A DNA stretch of 64,000 nucleotides. It comes from Pirellulales bacterium (GTDB lineage: Bacteria; Planctomycetota; Planctomycetia; Pirellulales; JALHPA01). The stretch spans positions 12,496 through 76,495 of the forward strand of contig JBGSSS010000208.1 of NCBI GenBank assembly GCA_041736895.1. The letters are read 5' to 3'. Positions 8,959 to 18,601 of the stretch are shown piece after piece; within the stretch, counting starts at the first letter, position 1, and the number at the start of each line of letters is the position of its first letter. The notes beneath the pieces were generated by a model. The model saw nothing but the letters and a program-made list of their open reading frames with translations. It was not told the DNA's origin and searched no databases. The position numbers were made by a program, and so were the translations under genes.

Positions 8959-9390
8959 TTACGCGGCGGCTGGCAGAATCTCGCGGATGTTGGTGAGCTT
9001 AAAGCTCTTCTCGCCGATGTAGACGTTGACCGTGCCATCGGTGACGGTGACCTTGCTTACGGTGCCGGTGACATCGTTGTTGTCATCGCCAAGCGCTTTG
9101 ACTTGTTTGCCGATCATCGATGTCGCATTGCTCAGGTTCTGTCCCAGCAGCACGGTGTCCAAGGTCGAACTTAGCTTGTCGCTCGAAGCGACCTGGCGGA
9201 TCTGCGACAATTGCGTGAGCAGCGCCGTGTTGTCCGCAGGGTTCAAGGGATCTTGGTTCTGCAACTCGGCGATCATCAATTGCAAGAACTCGCCGGTGCC
9301 AACGGCGTCGAACGCTTTGTTGACATCATTTTGGCTTGTTTTGTTTTGGGTGCTCGTCCCGCTGCTGCCGCCGATTGGATCGGTTGCCAT
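8959..9390 (-). CDS. flgD: Flagellar hook capping/assembly protein FlgD
   Basis: 143 aa containing the FlgD N-domain motif FLQLMIAELQNQDPLNP. It lies immediately upstream of flgE. Confidence 0.85.
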   Translation of the reverse strand: MATDPIGGSSGTSTQNKTSQNDVNKAFDAVGTGEFLQLMIAELQNQDPLNPADNTALLTQLSQIRQVASSDKLSSTLDTVLLGQNLSNATSMIGKQVKALGDDNNDVTGTVSKVTVTDGTVNVYIGEKSFKLTNIREILPAAA

Positions 9391-9448
9391 GTTTCGGTTC
9401 CTTTGCTAGGAGGATCGCGGTCTCTCGACCGTGATGAAAGTTGTATCG

Positions 9449-11017
9449 TCAAATGATCACGTTCAACTGTGAAGATTGCCGTGCCGCCGGCAAGGTTCGC
9501 ACGATCGGCGCAGCGACCACTGGCGCGGTCGCGCGTTCGCCGCGCAGACGATTGCGCTGCTGTTCCTGCTGTTCGCGCAGTTGCTCTTTGGCATCTTCCG
9601 CGCTGCTATGATTCGATTGATCGCGCACTTCGACTTCGAAGGTTTCGATGCGCACATTTTGCTCCGCGAGCTTTTCTTTGAGCTGAGGCAAATTGTCCAT
9701 CAACAAATTTCGCGCCGTGGTTGTTTCCGTTTCCATCCGCGCGATCATGGCACCATCACGGAGCGAAATCTCGAGCTTCACTGCTCCAAGTTCCGGCGGA
9801 CTTAGCCGCAGACGAATTTCCCCCTCGGTCTCACCAGCCCGTTGAAACGCCCGCGCGACTCGCTGCACGAAACGTGTTCGATCAACGCCGTTGAGACCAT
9901 CATTGGCCTTGCGTTCGTTCGACGCGGCTTCGAGACGATTCGCGAACGAGCCCGGAATCTGCGGCCCGCGCAGGTGATTTGGCGGCGTGGCTGATTCTGT
10001 CGAAGTCGTAGAAACGGCTGGAATATCCGGGGTTTTTGTGCTGCCGGAGGTTGTTTCAACGACCACGTCAGGGTTGGCGGCACTCGCGGTTGATTCCGCG
10101 TTCATGATCATTGATTCCGCCAAGCGAAACCCGCCTTCGTGGACCTCAGGCATGGTTTGTTGAGTCGTTTCCAGACGGCGTTTTGGTGCCGGCTCTTCTT
10201 CCGTTGATTCTGTTGCTACTGTGACAGCAAATGCGCCTTCGTCATGCTCGCCCTCAGGGTTGATATCCGATTGCTCGCTCGCTCGTTTCTTGTCGATGCT
10301 CTCCGCAGGATCACTGCGAGTTTTGTTGACGCCTTTGGCGTCAATCTTTTTTTCACTGGCAAGCTTGGTCGAGTGTAACTCGGTCGCAATCACGACGGCA
10401 TTGGCGTCAGCAGCCGAGGCTTCTACGGTTGCCTCGACTTGCTCATTCGCGTTGACAGGAAGATCATTGGCGGCGTTTGTCGCGAGATTGTCATTCACCC
10501 CGGTTTTTGGACGGCCGCGTTTGTTTCCGAACGACACCGCGTCGTTGAGTTCGATCCCTTCGGGTTGCTCACCATTCTCAGCGTCGCCCTGCGGCAATTG
10601 TTTCAACACGGGTTTGGCTGGCGCTTGAGCTAGGGCCGTTGCCGCAGCGATTTCTTCGGCTGATAGCTCTTGCTTGCCGTCCGTCGCTACGCCGTCATCG
10701 ATATTAGTTTTCTTGCCTTTGGTTACTTCAGTGGATTTCCCGTTGGTTGCTTCAGATGCCTGCTTGGACAGGGTCACTTCATCGTGATCATCGTGCGACG
10801 CATCATCCGCTAGATCCGTGTCGTCACTCTTCCTCTCGTTCGCTTTGGGAGCCTCAGGGGAATTGCTCGCGCGGTGCTCGTCGCGACTTTGACGCTGTGC
10901 GGAGTTCAATGCCTGGTCAAAATCGTTGACTTTATCCGAGCCACGGTCGCGCGGCGTCGGCACGGGCAAGCTGCTCGTGAACAGCGTTTGCTTCAGATCG
11001 AAAATGGAGTCGGGCAT
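9449..11017 (-). CDS. fliK: Flagellar hook-length control protein FliK
   Basis: 522 aa, acidic and low-complexity. The C-terminus has a Flg_hook-type domain (IRLRLSPPELGAVKLEISLRDGAMIARMETETTTARNLLMDNLPQLKEKLAEQNVRIETFEV). Confidence 0.75.
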   Translation of the reverse strand: MPDSIFDLKQTLFTSSLPVPTPRDRGSDKVNDFDQALNSAQRQSRDEHRASNSPEAPKANERKSDDTDLADDASHDDHDEVTLSKQASEATNGKSTEVTKGKKTNIDDGVATDGKQELSAEEIAAATALAQAPAKPVLKQLPQGDAENGEQPEGIELNDAVSFGNKRGRPKTGVNDNLATNAANDLPVNANEQVEATVEASAADANAVVIATELHSTKLASEKKIDAKGVNKTRSDPAESIDKKRASEQSDINPEGEHDEGAFAVTVATESTEEEPAPKRRLETTQQTMPEVHEGGFRLAESMIMNAESTASAANPDVVVETTSGSTKTPDIPAVSTTSTESATPPNHLRGPQIPGSFANRLEAASNERKANDGLNGVDRTRFVQRVARAFQRAGETEGEIRLRLSPPELGAVKLEISLRDGAMIARMETETTTARNLLMDNLPQLKEKLAEQNVRIETFEVEVRDQSNHSSAEDAKEQLREQQEQQRNRLRGERATAPVVAAPIVRTLPAARQSSQLNVII

Positions 11018-11046
11018 CGCGGTTCTCGCTGGAATTCTCAGGATTG

Positions 11047-11721
11047 CTATGGGTTGGCGGTTTCCGGCACTGGTTGCAACCCCGAATCTTGTTTTGCCAA
11101 TTCGTTGGGCACACGCAGCAAACGGAGCAAATCGTCGAGCTTGGCCTGTTCGGATTCGGATTTGAATTCGGCGACGATCTTGGCTTGCTTGGCGATCGTC
11201 ATGTCGCGCATGATCGCAGCCACTTCACGGAGTTCTCCTTTGTCGATCATGTTGAGGATTAACTCCTTGGCCAGCTTCGGTTTCACTGTTTCCCAAAGTT
11301 GGCGGATGTTGTCGCGGCCTTGCTGGATGGCGCGGTCTTGGTTTTCGACCAGGTTCTTGGCGTACTCTTGCTTGTCGTCGGCGAATTGCTCGATCGCCGA
11401 TTGCAGCTTCAGCCGTTCGCTTGCCAGCAAATCGCGCTGGTTGCGCATCGCTTGTTCGCGCAGTTCCAAGTTCCGCTCGCGGAGTTGCCGAAATTGCTCG
11501 AGCTCTTCGTAGGTCGCATTCTTTGGGTTTTCTTTTTCGCCGTCGTTCCCTTTTGCCGCGGGCAACTCATCGCCGCGCGCGACAGCTAGCATCGTTGCGA
11601 CCTTGTCCGGGTCAAGGAACCCTTGTGATTTGGCGTAAACCAACATCACGGCAAGCGTGATGACACTTGCGATGCAGAAATACACCATCACCGCGCCAAA
11701 CATGCCGAGGAGTTTTCCCAT
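11047..11721 (-). CDS. YlxF/MotE/FlbB-like flagellar protein (N-terminal TM, coiled coil, MgtE_N-like C-terminus)
   Basis: 224 aa located between fliJ and fliK, as ylxF is in the Bacillus fla operon. The C-terminus reads ...GELREVAAIMRDMTIAKQAKIVAEF. Confidence 0.5.
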   Translation of the reverse strand: MGKLLGMFGAVMVYFCIASVITLAVMLVYAKSQGFLDPDKVATMLAVARGDELPAAKGNDGEKENPKNATYEELEQFRQLRERNLELREQAMRNQRDLLASERLKLQSAIEQFADDKQEYAKNLVENQDRAIQQGRDNIRQLWETVKPKLAKELILNMIDKGELREVAAIMRDMTIAKQAKIVAEFKSESEQAKLDDLLRLLRVPNELAKQDSGLQPVPETANP

Positions 11722-11723
11722 AG

Positions 11724-12176
11724 TTAAACCTCCTCGCGATAAAAGGCGAGCTGTCCGGCCAATTCATCGAAACGTTTCTGGTCGACTTTCTCTTCTTCAC
11801 TGCGATGCTTTGCCAATTGAGTCTCGCGCAGCTTTTCGAGGATCCGAACTTCGCGATCCGCGGCAATCGCACGCTCCAGGCGGCGCTCAACTTCTTGTGC
11901 GATTTTTTGCCGTTGATCTTCCGTCGCCGCGCGTTCGATTTTCAGTTGAATCTCGTACCGTTGCATGTCCAACAATTGATCGACATCGACCTTGCCGGGC
12001 GCGGCGGCGAGTTGCCCAAGCTGCCGAATTGCCCCGATTTCCTGGTCCATTTCACGAATTCGCCCGGCCACAATCGCCTCGGCCTGTTGGGCGTCGGACA
12101 ACTGCGCGCGGCGTTCATCACGATCCGCTTCGCGGACCCGCAGCAACGTCGCCAGTCGAAAATGAAATGTGGCCAT
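11724..12176 (-). CDS. fliJ: Flagellar export chaperone FliJ
   Basis: 150-aa coiled-coil protein following fliI. I start it at ATG 12176 (MATFHFRLATLLRVRE...). The longer track ORF runs into a repeat and a C-rich tract. Confidence 0.6.
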   Translation of the reverse strand: MATFHFRLATLLRVREADRDERRAQLSDAQQAEAIVAGRIREMDQEIGAIRQLGQLAAAPGKVDVDQLLDMQRYEIQLKIERAATEDQRQKIAQEVERRLERAIAADREVRILEKLRETQLAKHRSEEEKVDQKRFDELAGQLAFYREEV

Positions 12177-12184
12177 CTCGAAAA

Positions 12185-12215
12185 GGGGCTGGGGATTCGG
12201 GGTTTGGGGTTGGGG
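12185..12215. other. Five G4 runs on the plus strand (G4N2G4N4G4N3G4N2G4), giving a C-rich leader on the fliJ mRNA strand
   Basis: Reads GGGGCTGGGGATTCGGGGTTTGGGGTTGGGG, ending 9 nt from the fliJ ATG. Confidence 0.8.
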
Positions 12216-12227
12216 AAAAATATCTGC

Positions 12228-12257
12228 CAAAGCCCAGGGGTTCACCCCCTGGGAGCA
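12228..12257. repeat. Hairpin repeat, AAAGCCCAGGGG family
   Basis: Reads CAAAGCCCAGGGGTTCACCCCCTGGGAGCA and sits between fliI and fliJ. Confidence 0.85.
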
Positions 12258-12260
12258 TTC

Positions 12261-13613
12261 TTACCGATTAATCGGCTGTGCCGGCGGCACTGTCGGCTGG
12301 CTTAAACGCGTGGCGATCTTGCGTCCCAGTAGTTGCAGGGCATCGACAACTTGCTCGAACGTGACGCGCTCTTCGACACGCTGTTTCAGGAAGGCATGAA
12401 TTTCGTCGTACATGTCGATCGACGTATCGACGAGCTTGTTCGCGCCCTTGCGATATGCGCCGATGCTGATCAGGTCTTCGTGATCGCGGTGCGCGGCCAA
12501 AACTTGCCGCACCAATTGCGCGGCGTTTTGTTGGTCTTGCGGCACAATGTCGTTCATCAACCGGCTCAGGCTCTGCAGCACGTCGATCGCCGGATAATGC
12601 CCGCGCGAGGCGATCTTGCGCGAGAGCCAGGTATGGCCATCGAGCAGCCCGCGGACGGTGTCGGCGATCGGTTCTTGCGGATCGTCGCCTTCGACGAGGA
12701 CCGAGTAAAAGGCAGTAATGCTCCCGAGCGGCGAACGGCCCGAGCGTTCAACCAAGCGCGGCAAGAGCGAAAACACCGAAGGCGGATAACCGCGCGTCGT
12801 TGGCGGTTCGCCGGCGGCGAGACCAATCTCGCGTTGAGCCATCGCGATACGCGTGACCGAGTCCATGAGCAAGAGGACGTCCTTGCCCTGGTCGCGGAAA
12901 TATTCGGCGATCGTTGTCGCGGTCATCGCCGCTTTGACACGGCGGAGTGCCGGCTCATCGCTCGTCGCGACGACGACGACACTACGGGCAAGGCCTTCAG
13001 GACCCAGATCGCGTTCGAGAAAGTCATTGACCTCGCGGCCGCGTTCGCCGATCAGGGCGATGACGTTGACGTTGGCCGTGGTGTAGCGGGACATCATCCC
13101 GAGCGTGACGCTTTTGCCGACGCCGGAGCCAGCGAAGATGCCCATCCGCTGGCCTTTGCCGCAACACAGCAAGCTATCGATCGTGCGAATGCCGGTGCCG
13201 AGCGGCTTGTCGATGCGCGGACGTGACGTCGATGGCGGCGGATCGCGGTCGATTTCCATGCGCTCCGGCAGCGCCGGTTGCGGACGCCCGTCGATGCAGC
13301 GGCCTTCGGCATCGACAACCCGGCCAAGCAGCGAGGGTCCGACGCGCAGCCAGCGCGCCGTGCGCAGCAGTTTTGCGCGATTGCCCCGGCGGACGCCTTG
13401 CATGCTGCTCAAGGGATAAAGCAACGTCAGCTCATCGCGGAAGCCAATGACTTCGGCTCGGACCGGTTCTTGCGTTTCGCGTTCGATCTCAACCAGCGCG
13501 CCGACCGGCGCGGGAAAGTCGGCCACGGCGATGGTCATGCCGACCGTCCGCACCACACTGCCCGTGAGGTGCGTCGGCATGATCCGTTCGAGATGGTCGA
13601 GCATTGCTTGCAT
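12261..13613 (-). CDS. fliI: Flagellum-specific ATPase FliI
   Basis: 450 aa with a Walker A motif (AGSGVGKS) and an F1/T3SS ATPase core. Confidence 0.95.
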   Translation of the reverse strand: MQAMLDHLERIMPTHLTGSVVRTVGMTIAVADFPAPVGALVEIERETQEPVRAEVIGFRDELTLLYPLSSMQGVRRGNRAKLLRTARWLRVGPSLLGRVVDAEGRCIDGRPQPALPERMEIDRDPPPSTSRPRIDKPLGTGIRTIDSLLCCGKGQRMGIFAGSGVGKSVTLGMMSRYTTANVNVIALIGERGREVNDFLERDLGPEGLARSVVVVATSDEPALRRVKAAMTATTIAEYFRDQGKDVLLLMDSVTRIAMAQREIGLAAGEPPTTRGYPPSVFSLLPRLVERSGRSPLGSITAFYSVLVEGDDPQEPIADTVRGLLDGHTWLSRKIASRGHYPAIDVLQSLSRLMNDIVPQDQQNAAQLVRQVLAAHRDHEDLISIGAYRKGANKLVDTSIDMYDEIHAFLKQRVEERVTFEQVVDALQLLGRKIATRLSQPTVPPAQPINR

Positions 13614-13617
13614 GGTA

Positions 13618-13766
13618 TTTAGCCCCCGGTCAATGACCGGGGGATTTAGTCGTCGTTCTGAAAATCAATCGTGGATTTGAAACAATTCTTTCGCGTGTCT
13701 TCTCTAACTCAACGATTCAGATCGTCAAATTGTCGGCTCCCCCCCGTCATTGACGGGGGGCTAAAA
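13618..13766. repeat. Inverted doublet of family TTAGCCCCCCGTCAATGACGGGGGG
   Basis: The arms are 13618-13649 and 13735-13766, flanking about 85 nt, between fliH and fliI. Confidence 0.85.
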
Positions 13767-13768
13767 AG

Positions 13769-14437
13769 TTAATCCTCATTGCCACCAACCAACTCACTGA
13801 CCAATCGTTCCAACTGCACTTCGATCCGCTGATCGATCTCGCCTTGTTCGGTCAGCACACGGCAGCCGCCGGTCGAGATCGAGGCGTCGGGCACGAACTC
13901 GACTTGGCTGATGCGGCTGAACTCATTGGCCAGACGATCTGTTTGCTTGCCAAGCGCCGCGTGATCCGCCGGATTGAGCAGTACGCGTGCCTTGGTCGTC
14001 CCTGAAGCAAGCTCCAATGCTTCACGAATCAACGCCACGGATGCCGTGGGATCTTGGCTCAATTCGCGGCGCAGAATTTTCTCGGCCATCCGCGCTGCCA
14101 GCCGAACGCCGGCCTCTTCCCACTGCCGCAGCCAGGCCTGCTTTGCATCTTGCAAATCGGCGACTACTTTGCTCAGTGCCGGTAGCAACGTTGTCATCCG
14201 CTGGCCGACTTTTTCGTCGAGCGTCTTCTCAGCCGCGACTTGCGCCGACTTGCGGCCTTCTTCTTGCGACTTGGACTTGATCAGGTCTGCTTGCTTTTGC
14301 GCTTCGACGACGATCTGCGCTGCTTGGATGCGTGTCTGTTCCAGGTACTTGCCCGCCTGTTGCGTCAAGTCTTCGAAATTGAACGCGATTTGTTGGATCG
14401 CGGCATTCGAAGGCGATGCTTTGATGACACTGGCCAT
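13769..14437 (-). CDS. fliH: Flagellar assembly protein FliH
   Basis: 222 aa with coiled-coil and FliH C-terminal domain features, between fliG and fliI. Confidence 0.75.
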   Translation of the reverse strand: MASVIKASPSNAAIQQIAFNFEDLTQQAGKYLEQTRIQAAQIVVEAQKQADLIKSKSQEEGRKSAQVAAEKTLDEKVGQRMTTLLPALSKVVADLQDAKQAWLRQWEEAGVRLAARMAEKILRRELSQDPTASVALIREALELASGTTKARVLLNPADHAALGKQTDRLANEFSRISQVEFVPDASISTGGCRVLTEQGEIDQRIEVQLERLVSELVGGNED

Positions 14438-14491
14438 GCGGGCAGGAGGGGTTGGGGATTCGGGCTTCGTGAAAACAAAATTCAGTTACAA

Positions 14492-15604
14492 TCACGCCGC
14501 TTGTCTGCGCCGCGCGGTCATCTTCAAATAACCCAAACTCGCTGCGACGCGAGTCAGTTCTTGCTGCGCGGCTTCGGCTTGCTCGCGGCGAACAGGTCCG
14601 AGTTCGGCCAACGCGCGTTGCAGGAGCTTGGCTTGTCCACGCGGCAGGTTCCGTCCGATCCGTTCGACAACGTTCGGCTCGACACCAGCGAGGGCAAGGA
14701 CAACATGCTCGGTCTCGGCTTGCTGTAGGACCGCAAGCAATTGCTTGTCCGTGAGGGCCAGCACGCGATCCAATTCAACTGCCCGCGTTGATAGAGTCAT
14801 GGGCAAGATGTCGGGTAACTCATCGAGCTTCGCTTGCGTCATAGCCGCGTTAGCGGATTTCTCCGAAGACCGTTTTCGTTGTAACCCTGCGGTCAATTCT
14901 TGCTGATATTGAGCCAGATTTTGCAGGATTTGCTGCTCGGATGTCTCGCGCGATTCAGCCAAAATTCCGGCCAAGCGATTCATGCCCGTCACGCGGCGGC
15001 GTTGCTTGCGCAGTTGTTCATCGAGTTGCTTGGCGAACGAGGCCGCAAGCTCTTCGATCACCGCGGCATCCATGTCGTCGAGATCGACGATGCGACGAGC
15101 GACTTCGGCTTGCTGCGGCGCGGGGAGTTGTTCGAGCACCGCCGCCGCGCGGCGCGGTGGCAAGTGCGCAAGCACCACGGCCATTGTCTGCGGATGCTCG
15201 CGAAGCAGTGCTTCGCACAGTACCTTCGGCTCCAATTCGCTCAAGAACCCAAACGGATTAGCACTGCCATCACGATTCGACCAGCCGGCGGTGTAAGCTT
15301 CGTTCATCGGTTCGTGGTGGGGACTCAAGTCGAGTTCAACGCCGCTGACTTTGGCCGTAATCGTTGCTGCTTCCGCTTGCGCGGAAGCTGTTGTTCCCGG
15401 TGTCTTCGCCGCGAAGAATTCTTGCAGCACTTCCTTTTGAAGTTCCGGATCGATCTCGTCGAGTTCGAGTATTTGATCACGCACCTGGCGAGCTTGCGCT
15501 TCACTCATTTGTTCCAGCAGCTTGTCCGCGCTCGCATCGTCGAGCGCCGAGATCAAGATCGCGGCCTTACGGATTGGACTCAAGTTGGCAACAGCTTCGG
15601 GCAT
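14492..15604 (-). CDS. fliG: Flagellar motor switch protein FliG
   Basis: 370 aa with a FliG N/M/C architecture (...IRKAAILISALDDASADKLLEQM...; a C-terminal torque-helix region). Confidence 0.9.
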   Translation of the reverse strand: MPEAVANLSPIRKAAILISALDDASADKLLEQMSEAQARQVRDQILELDEIDPELQKEVLQEFFAAKTPGTTASAQAEAATITAKVSGVELDLSPHHEPMNEAYTAGWSNRDGSANPFGFLSELEPKVLCEALLREHPQTMAVVLAHLPPRRAAAVLEQLPAPQQAEVARRIVDLDDMDAAVIEELAASFAKQLDEQLRKQRRRVTGMNRLAGILAESRETSEQQILQNLAQYQQELTAGLQRKRSSEKSANAAMTQAKLDELPDILPMTLSTRAVELDRVLALTDKQLLAVLQQAETEHVVLALAGVEPNVVERIGRNLPRGQAKLLQRALAELGPVRREQAEAAQQELTRVAASLGYLKMTARRRQAA

Positions 15605-15691
15605 GTTTCAGGCTTTGATTTCGGGAGCGGTCAAAGGTTCGGCGTCAAACGGGTCTTGCTTGCAATGCGGGTTGATTATTCAGCTTGCTGC

Positions 15692-17386
15692 TTAGCCCGG
15701 GCTGGTAATCCAGCTCCGAATGATATTCGCCGCGGTGTCGGGATCTTCGCGAACGATTTCGACGAGTTCATCACGGAGATTGCCCGTGCCTTTGGTCCGT
15801 CGTGCTAAGCGCTTGGCTGGGACTGCGGTATCCGCCGGCGTCGCTGAAACCTCGCCAGAATTCACCGCGGCGGTCGCGGCGTTCGTAATTGCCGGTGTTT
15901 CCGCTTCTGTTGCTGCCGGTGTTGGAACGCCTTTCAGCAGACCGCGAAGCATCAACAACCCGATCAACGCAAAGACTCCGGTAGCAATCGTGCTGCTGTT
16001 GCTCTTGGCCCAAGCGAGGGCCGTTTCGCTGAATTGCGTTTCGGGGAGTTCGGGCTGCGTGATTTGCTGGAACGTGTTGATGACGACATCGCCGATTGAG
16101 CCCCGATCGGGATTTTCGATATCACGCGGGGGCAACAGCTTGGCAATGTAGCCACGCAGCAATTCGCCTTCGGTTTTGACGAGCGTTTCCATCTCAGCCG
16201 CTGTCGGAGTTTTAGCCTGATCATTGGCGGATGTATTTCGTTCTTTCCAAATCTTTTCGTAATAGGCGTAGGGAACGCCAACTGAAATGCTGACGAGTTT
16301 GGGCGTTAATCCGGCGCGTCGAGTGACAATTTCGCTGCCGCCCGGCATGAATTTATTGTTGACTGAAGTTAACTCTTTCTCAGCGCGGCCACTCGTCGTC
16401 GCGCCAGCATTTAGGCTCGCGGCTTGATTGCTGAAGCCCCCTTGGGCCGAGGGACCAGGCCGTCCTCCGGGGCCTGGTGAGACTTGAGTGCTTATTTCGC
16501 TTGTTTCATGCTGCAGAACTTGAAAGGCCTTGGAATCGAGACTCAGTTTTCGCTCAGTATGATCGAGATCGTTGTTGAGGATCACATTGCAGTTGACAAC
16601 GGCTCCGGGTACATAGCTCAGCGCATTTTGAACTTTGCGCGTCCAGTCTTGCTCGTAAGCTTGTTTTGTTAGAAGTGTTGGATCTTGGCTTCCGCTCAGC
16701 AATTCCCCCGGACGTCCTACCGGATAGGAGCGATTATTCTTGAGATCGATGACGGCAATGCTCTCGGGCTTCATGCCGGCGAAGGCCCCGGCGACCAATT
16801 GTCGAATCGCCTGGACGCGCGTCTCTTCGAGAGGGATTGAACCGATCGTTTCGACGGAGACCGAAGCAGTGAAGAGCTTCGTGTTTTTCAAGCCGCCTTC
16901 CACACTTGTGTCGAACATGACTGCAGCGCGGCTGATGCCTTGCATCTTGCCGATGATTTGGGCAAGTTCCATTTCCCGGCCATGTTTCATTCGCTGCGAC
17001 TGCTTCTCTTTGTTCGAGAAGATGTCGTTGGTATCGAGGGCTTTGCTGATATGCGATCCATAGGTCGCCGGCATCGCTTGGCCATCGGCGAGTGCCGCCA
17101 TGTACGTCGATTCTTCGCCGCGCGGAACGCGGATGCGATTGCCTTCGGTCGAGTAGTTCTTGAGACTAGCCTTGCCGAACGCTGCTTCGATATTCGGCAA
17201 CTCGGCGGCCGTCACCGGTTCGCCGCCGAAGAGAAACGCCTCGGGTGCCGCGGTTTGGCGATTGAAGAGATACGCCAAACTGATCACGACGACCAACAGC
17301 AGCAAGCCCGCAACGACGCGCGCGCCGAGCGACAGCGTGCGAAAGACGTTGTTGAATTGATTGACCGCGTTGTTGAGAAAGCCCAT
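15692..17386 (-). CDS. fliF: Flagellar MS-ring protein FliF
   Basis: 564 aa with N- and C-terminal TM helices, a YscJ/FliF ring domain and a FliG-binding C-tail. Confidence 0.9.
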   Translation of the reverse strand: MGFLNNAVNQFNNVFRTLSLGARVVAGLLLLVVVISLAYLFNRQTAAPEAFLFGGEPVTAAELPNIEAAFGKASLKNYSTEGNRIRVPRGEESTYMAALADGQAMPATYGSHISKALDTNDIFSNKEKQSQRMKHGREMELAQIIGKMQGISRAAVMFDTSVEGGLKNTKLFTASVSVETIGSIPLEETRVQAIRQLVAGAFAGMKPESIAVIDLKNNRSYPVGRPGELLSGSQDPTLLTKQAYEQDWTRKVQNALSYVPGAVVNCNVILNNDLDHTERKLSLDSKAFQVLQHETSEISTQVSPGPGGRPGPSAQGGFSNQAASLNAGATTSGRAEKELTSVNNKFMPGGSEIVTRRAGLTPKLVSISVGVPYAYYEKIWKERNTSANDQAKTPTAAEMETLVKTEGELLRGYIAKLLPPRDIENPDRGSIGDVVINTFQQITQPELPETQFSETALAWAKSNSSTIATGVFALIGLLMLRGLLKGVPTPAATEAETPAITNAATAAVNSGEVSATPADTAVPAKRLARRTKGTGNLRDELVEIVREDPDTAANIIRSWITSPG

Positions 17387-17533
17387 CCGTTGACTCTCCG
17401 TGTCATCGTTCTCGGGTCAAGTTCCGCATCCATGCGGGACTCCTGCTGCACTCACTCGTCGCTGCACTTCTTGAATTCTCCAAGGAGGTAAACTCCTTGG
17501 CTTTGTATTTGCTTCTTACTTCTTGCTTCTTAC

Positions 17534-17839
17534 TCACACACGGATATTCTTCAGCTCATCGTACGCCGCGACGAGTTTGTTGCGGATTTGCATCATCGTG
17601 CGAAACGCGAGGTCCGCCTTCTGCACCGCGGTCAGCACTTCGGCCGGATTGGCGTTGCCGCCGGTGAAGAGCGATTCGACCGCTTGGTCGGCGTCTTGCT
17701 GCAACGAGTTGACTTCTTGCAGCGAGTTGCTGAGCGCTTCGCCGAACGAAGGACCGTCGGCCACTTTGGTATTGTTCGTTCCGCCGAGCGAGCCGAGCTG
17801 GCCCAGCGTTCCTGGCGAAAAACTTTGGATTGTGTTCAT
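17534..17839 (-). CDS. fliE: Flagellar hook-basal body complex protein FliE
   Basis: The FliE C-terminus reads ...PAEVLTAVQKADLAFRTMMQIRNKLVAAYDELKNI. ATG 17839 is preferred, because the track start 17851 is a GTG. Confidence 0.8.
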   Translation of the reverse strand: MNTIQSFSPGTLGQLGSLGGTNNTKVADGPSFGEALSNSLQEVNSLQQDADQAVESLFTGGNANPAEVLTAVQKADLAFRTMMQIRNKLVAAYDELKNIRV

Positions 17840-17854
17840 TGTCGTTTTCACTTT

Positions 17855-17950
17855 TTAGCCCCCCGTCAATGACGGGGGGAAATGCACTGGGATTCACTGA
17901 CGAGTGCTGATCTGCAACGCGTGTTCCCCCCGGTCATTGACCGGGGGCTC
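17855..17950. repeat. Inverted doublet, CCCCCCGTCAATGACGGGGGG family
   Basis: The arms are 17855-17880 and 17925-17950, between flgC and fliE. Confidence 0.85.
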
Positions 17951-17963
17951 ATGGGATTGTTGT

Positions 17964-18386
17964 TTAGCCCAGGATTTTCAGCGTCATCGAACTGAGCGAC
18001 TTGGTCATTTCGATCACTCCGACGTTGGCTTCGTAAGCGCGGGTCGCTTCGAGCGCGTCGACCGATTGTTCGACCATGTCGATGTCGGGATAGGCGACCC
18101 AGCCTTTGCGGGGGCCTTCTTTCACCGCGTCGGGATGGCCGGGCTGGAACTTCCAGCGCGGCTCTTGTTGGGCGATCTCGACGCTGTCGACTTTTACGCC
18201 ATGAGCTCCTTCGGGAGTACTCACCGCGTTGTCGGTTTTGAAGACAGTGAAGCGCGGCTGATAAGGCATCGCTTCGCCCGCTTCGTTATGCGTCGTATTC
18301 ATGTTGGCGATATTGCCGGCGACGGCGTTCAAACGCATGCGCTGCGCAACAAGAGCACTGGTGCTGACATCGAGCGCGGAAAACAT
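17964..18386 (-). CDS. flgC: Flagellar basal-body rod protein FlgC
   Basis: 140 aa beginning MFSALDVSTSALVAQRMRLNAVAGNIANMNTT. GGAGG lies upstream. Confidence 0.9.
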   Translation of the reverse strand: MFSALDVSTSALVAQRMRLNAVAGNIANMNTTHNEAGEAMPYQPRFTVFKTDNAVSTPEGAHGVKVDSVEIAQQEPRWKFQPGHPDAVKEGPRKGWVAYPDIDMVEQSVDALEATRAYEANVGVIEMTKSLSSMTLKILG

Positions 18387-18518
18387 CGAGACCTCCGAGT
18401 GATAACTCGTGGCAAAAATTCATCATTCCCTAAAGTAGGGCGGCGAATTATGCCGATGTTGGGCGATTCGCGAAAGATCGTTTCACAACGATCGCAGCAG
18501 AGAGATTGCTAGCAGCCT

Positions 18519-18595
18519 GTAGCCAAAGTCGTGAGACTTTGGACGAGCGACGCAGGTCCCGGCGCAAGCATCCAAGGTCTCACGACCTTGGCTAC
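18519..18595. repeat. REPIN-like doublet, GTAGCCAAAGTCGTGAGACTTTGG family
   Basis: The arms are 18519-18543 and 18571-18595, between flgB and flgC. Confidence 0.88.
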
Positions 18596-18601
18596 ATTAG
18601 G

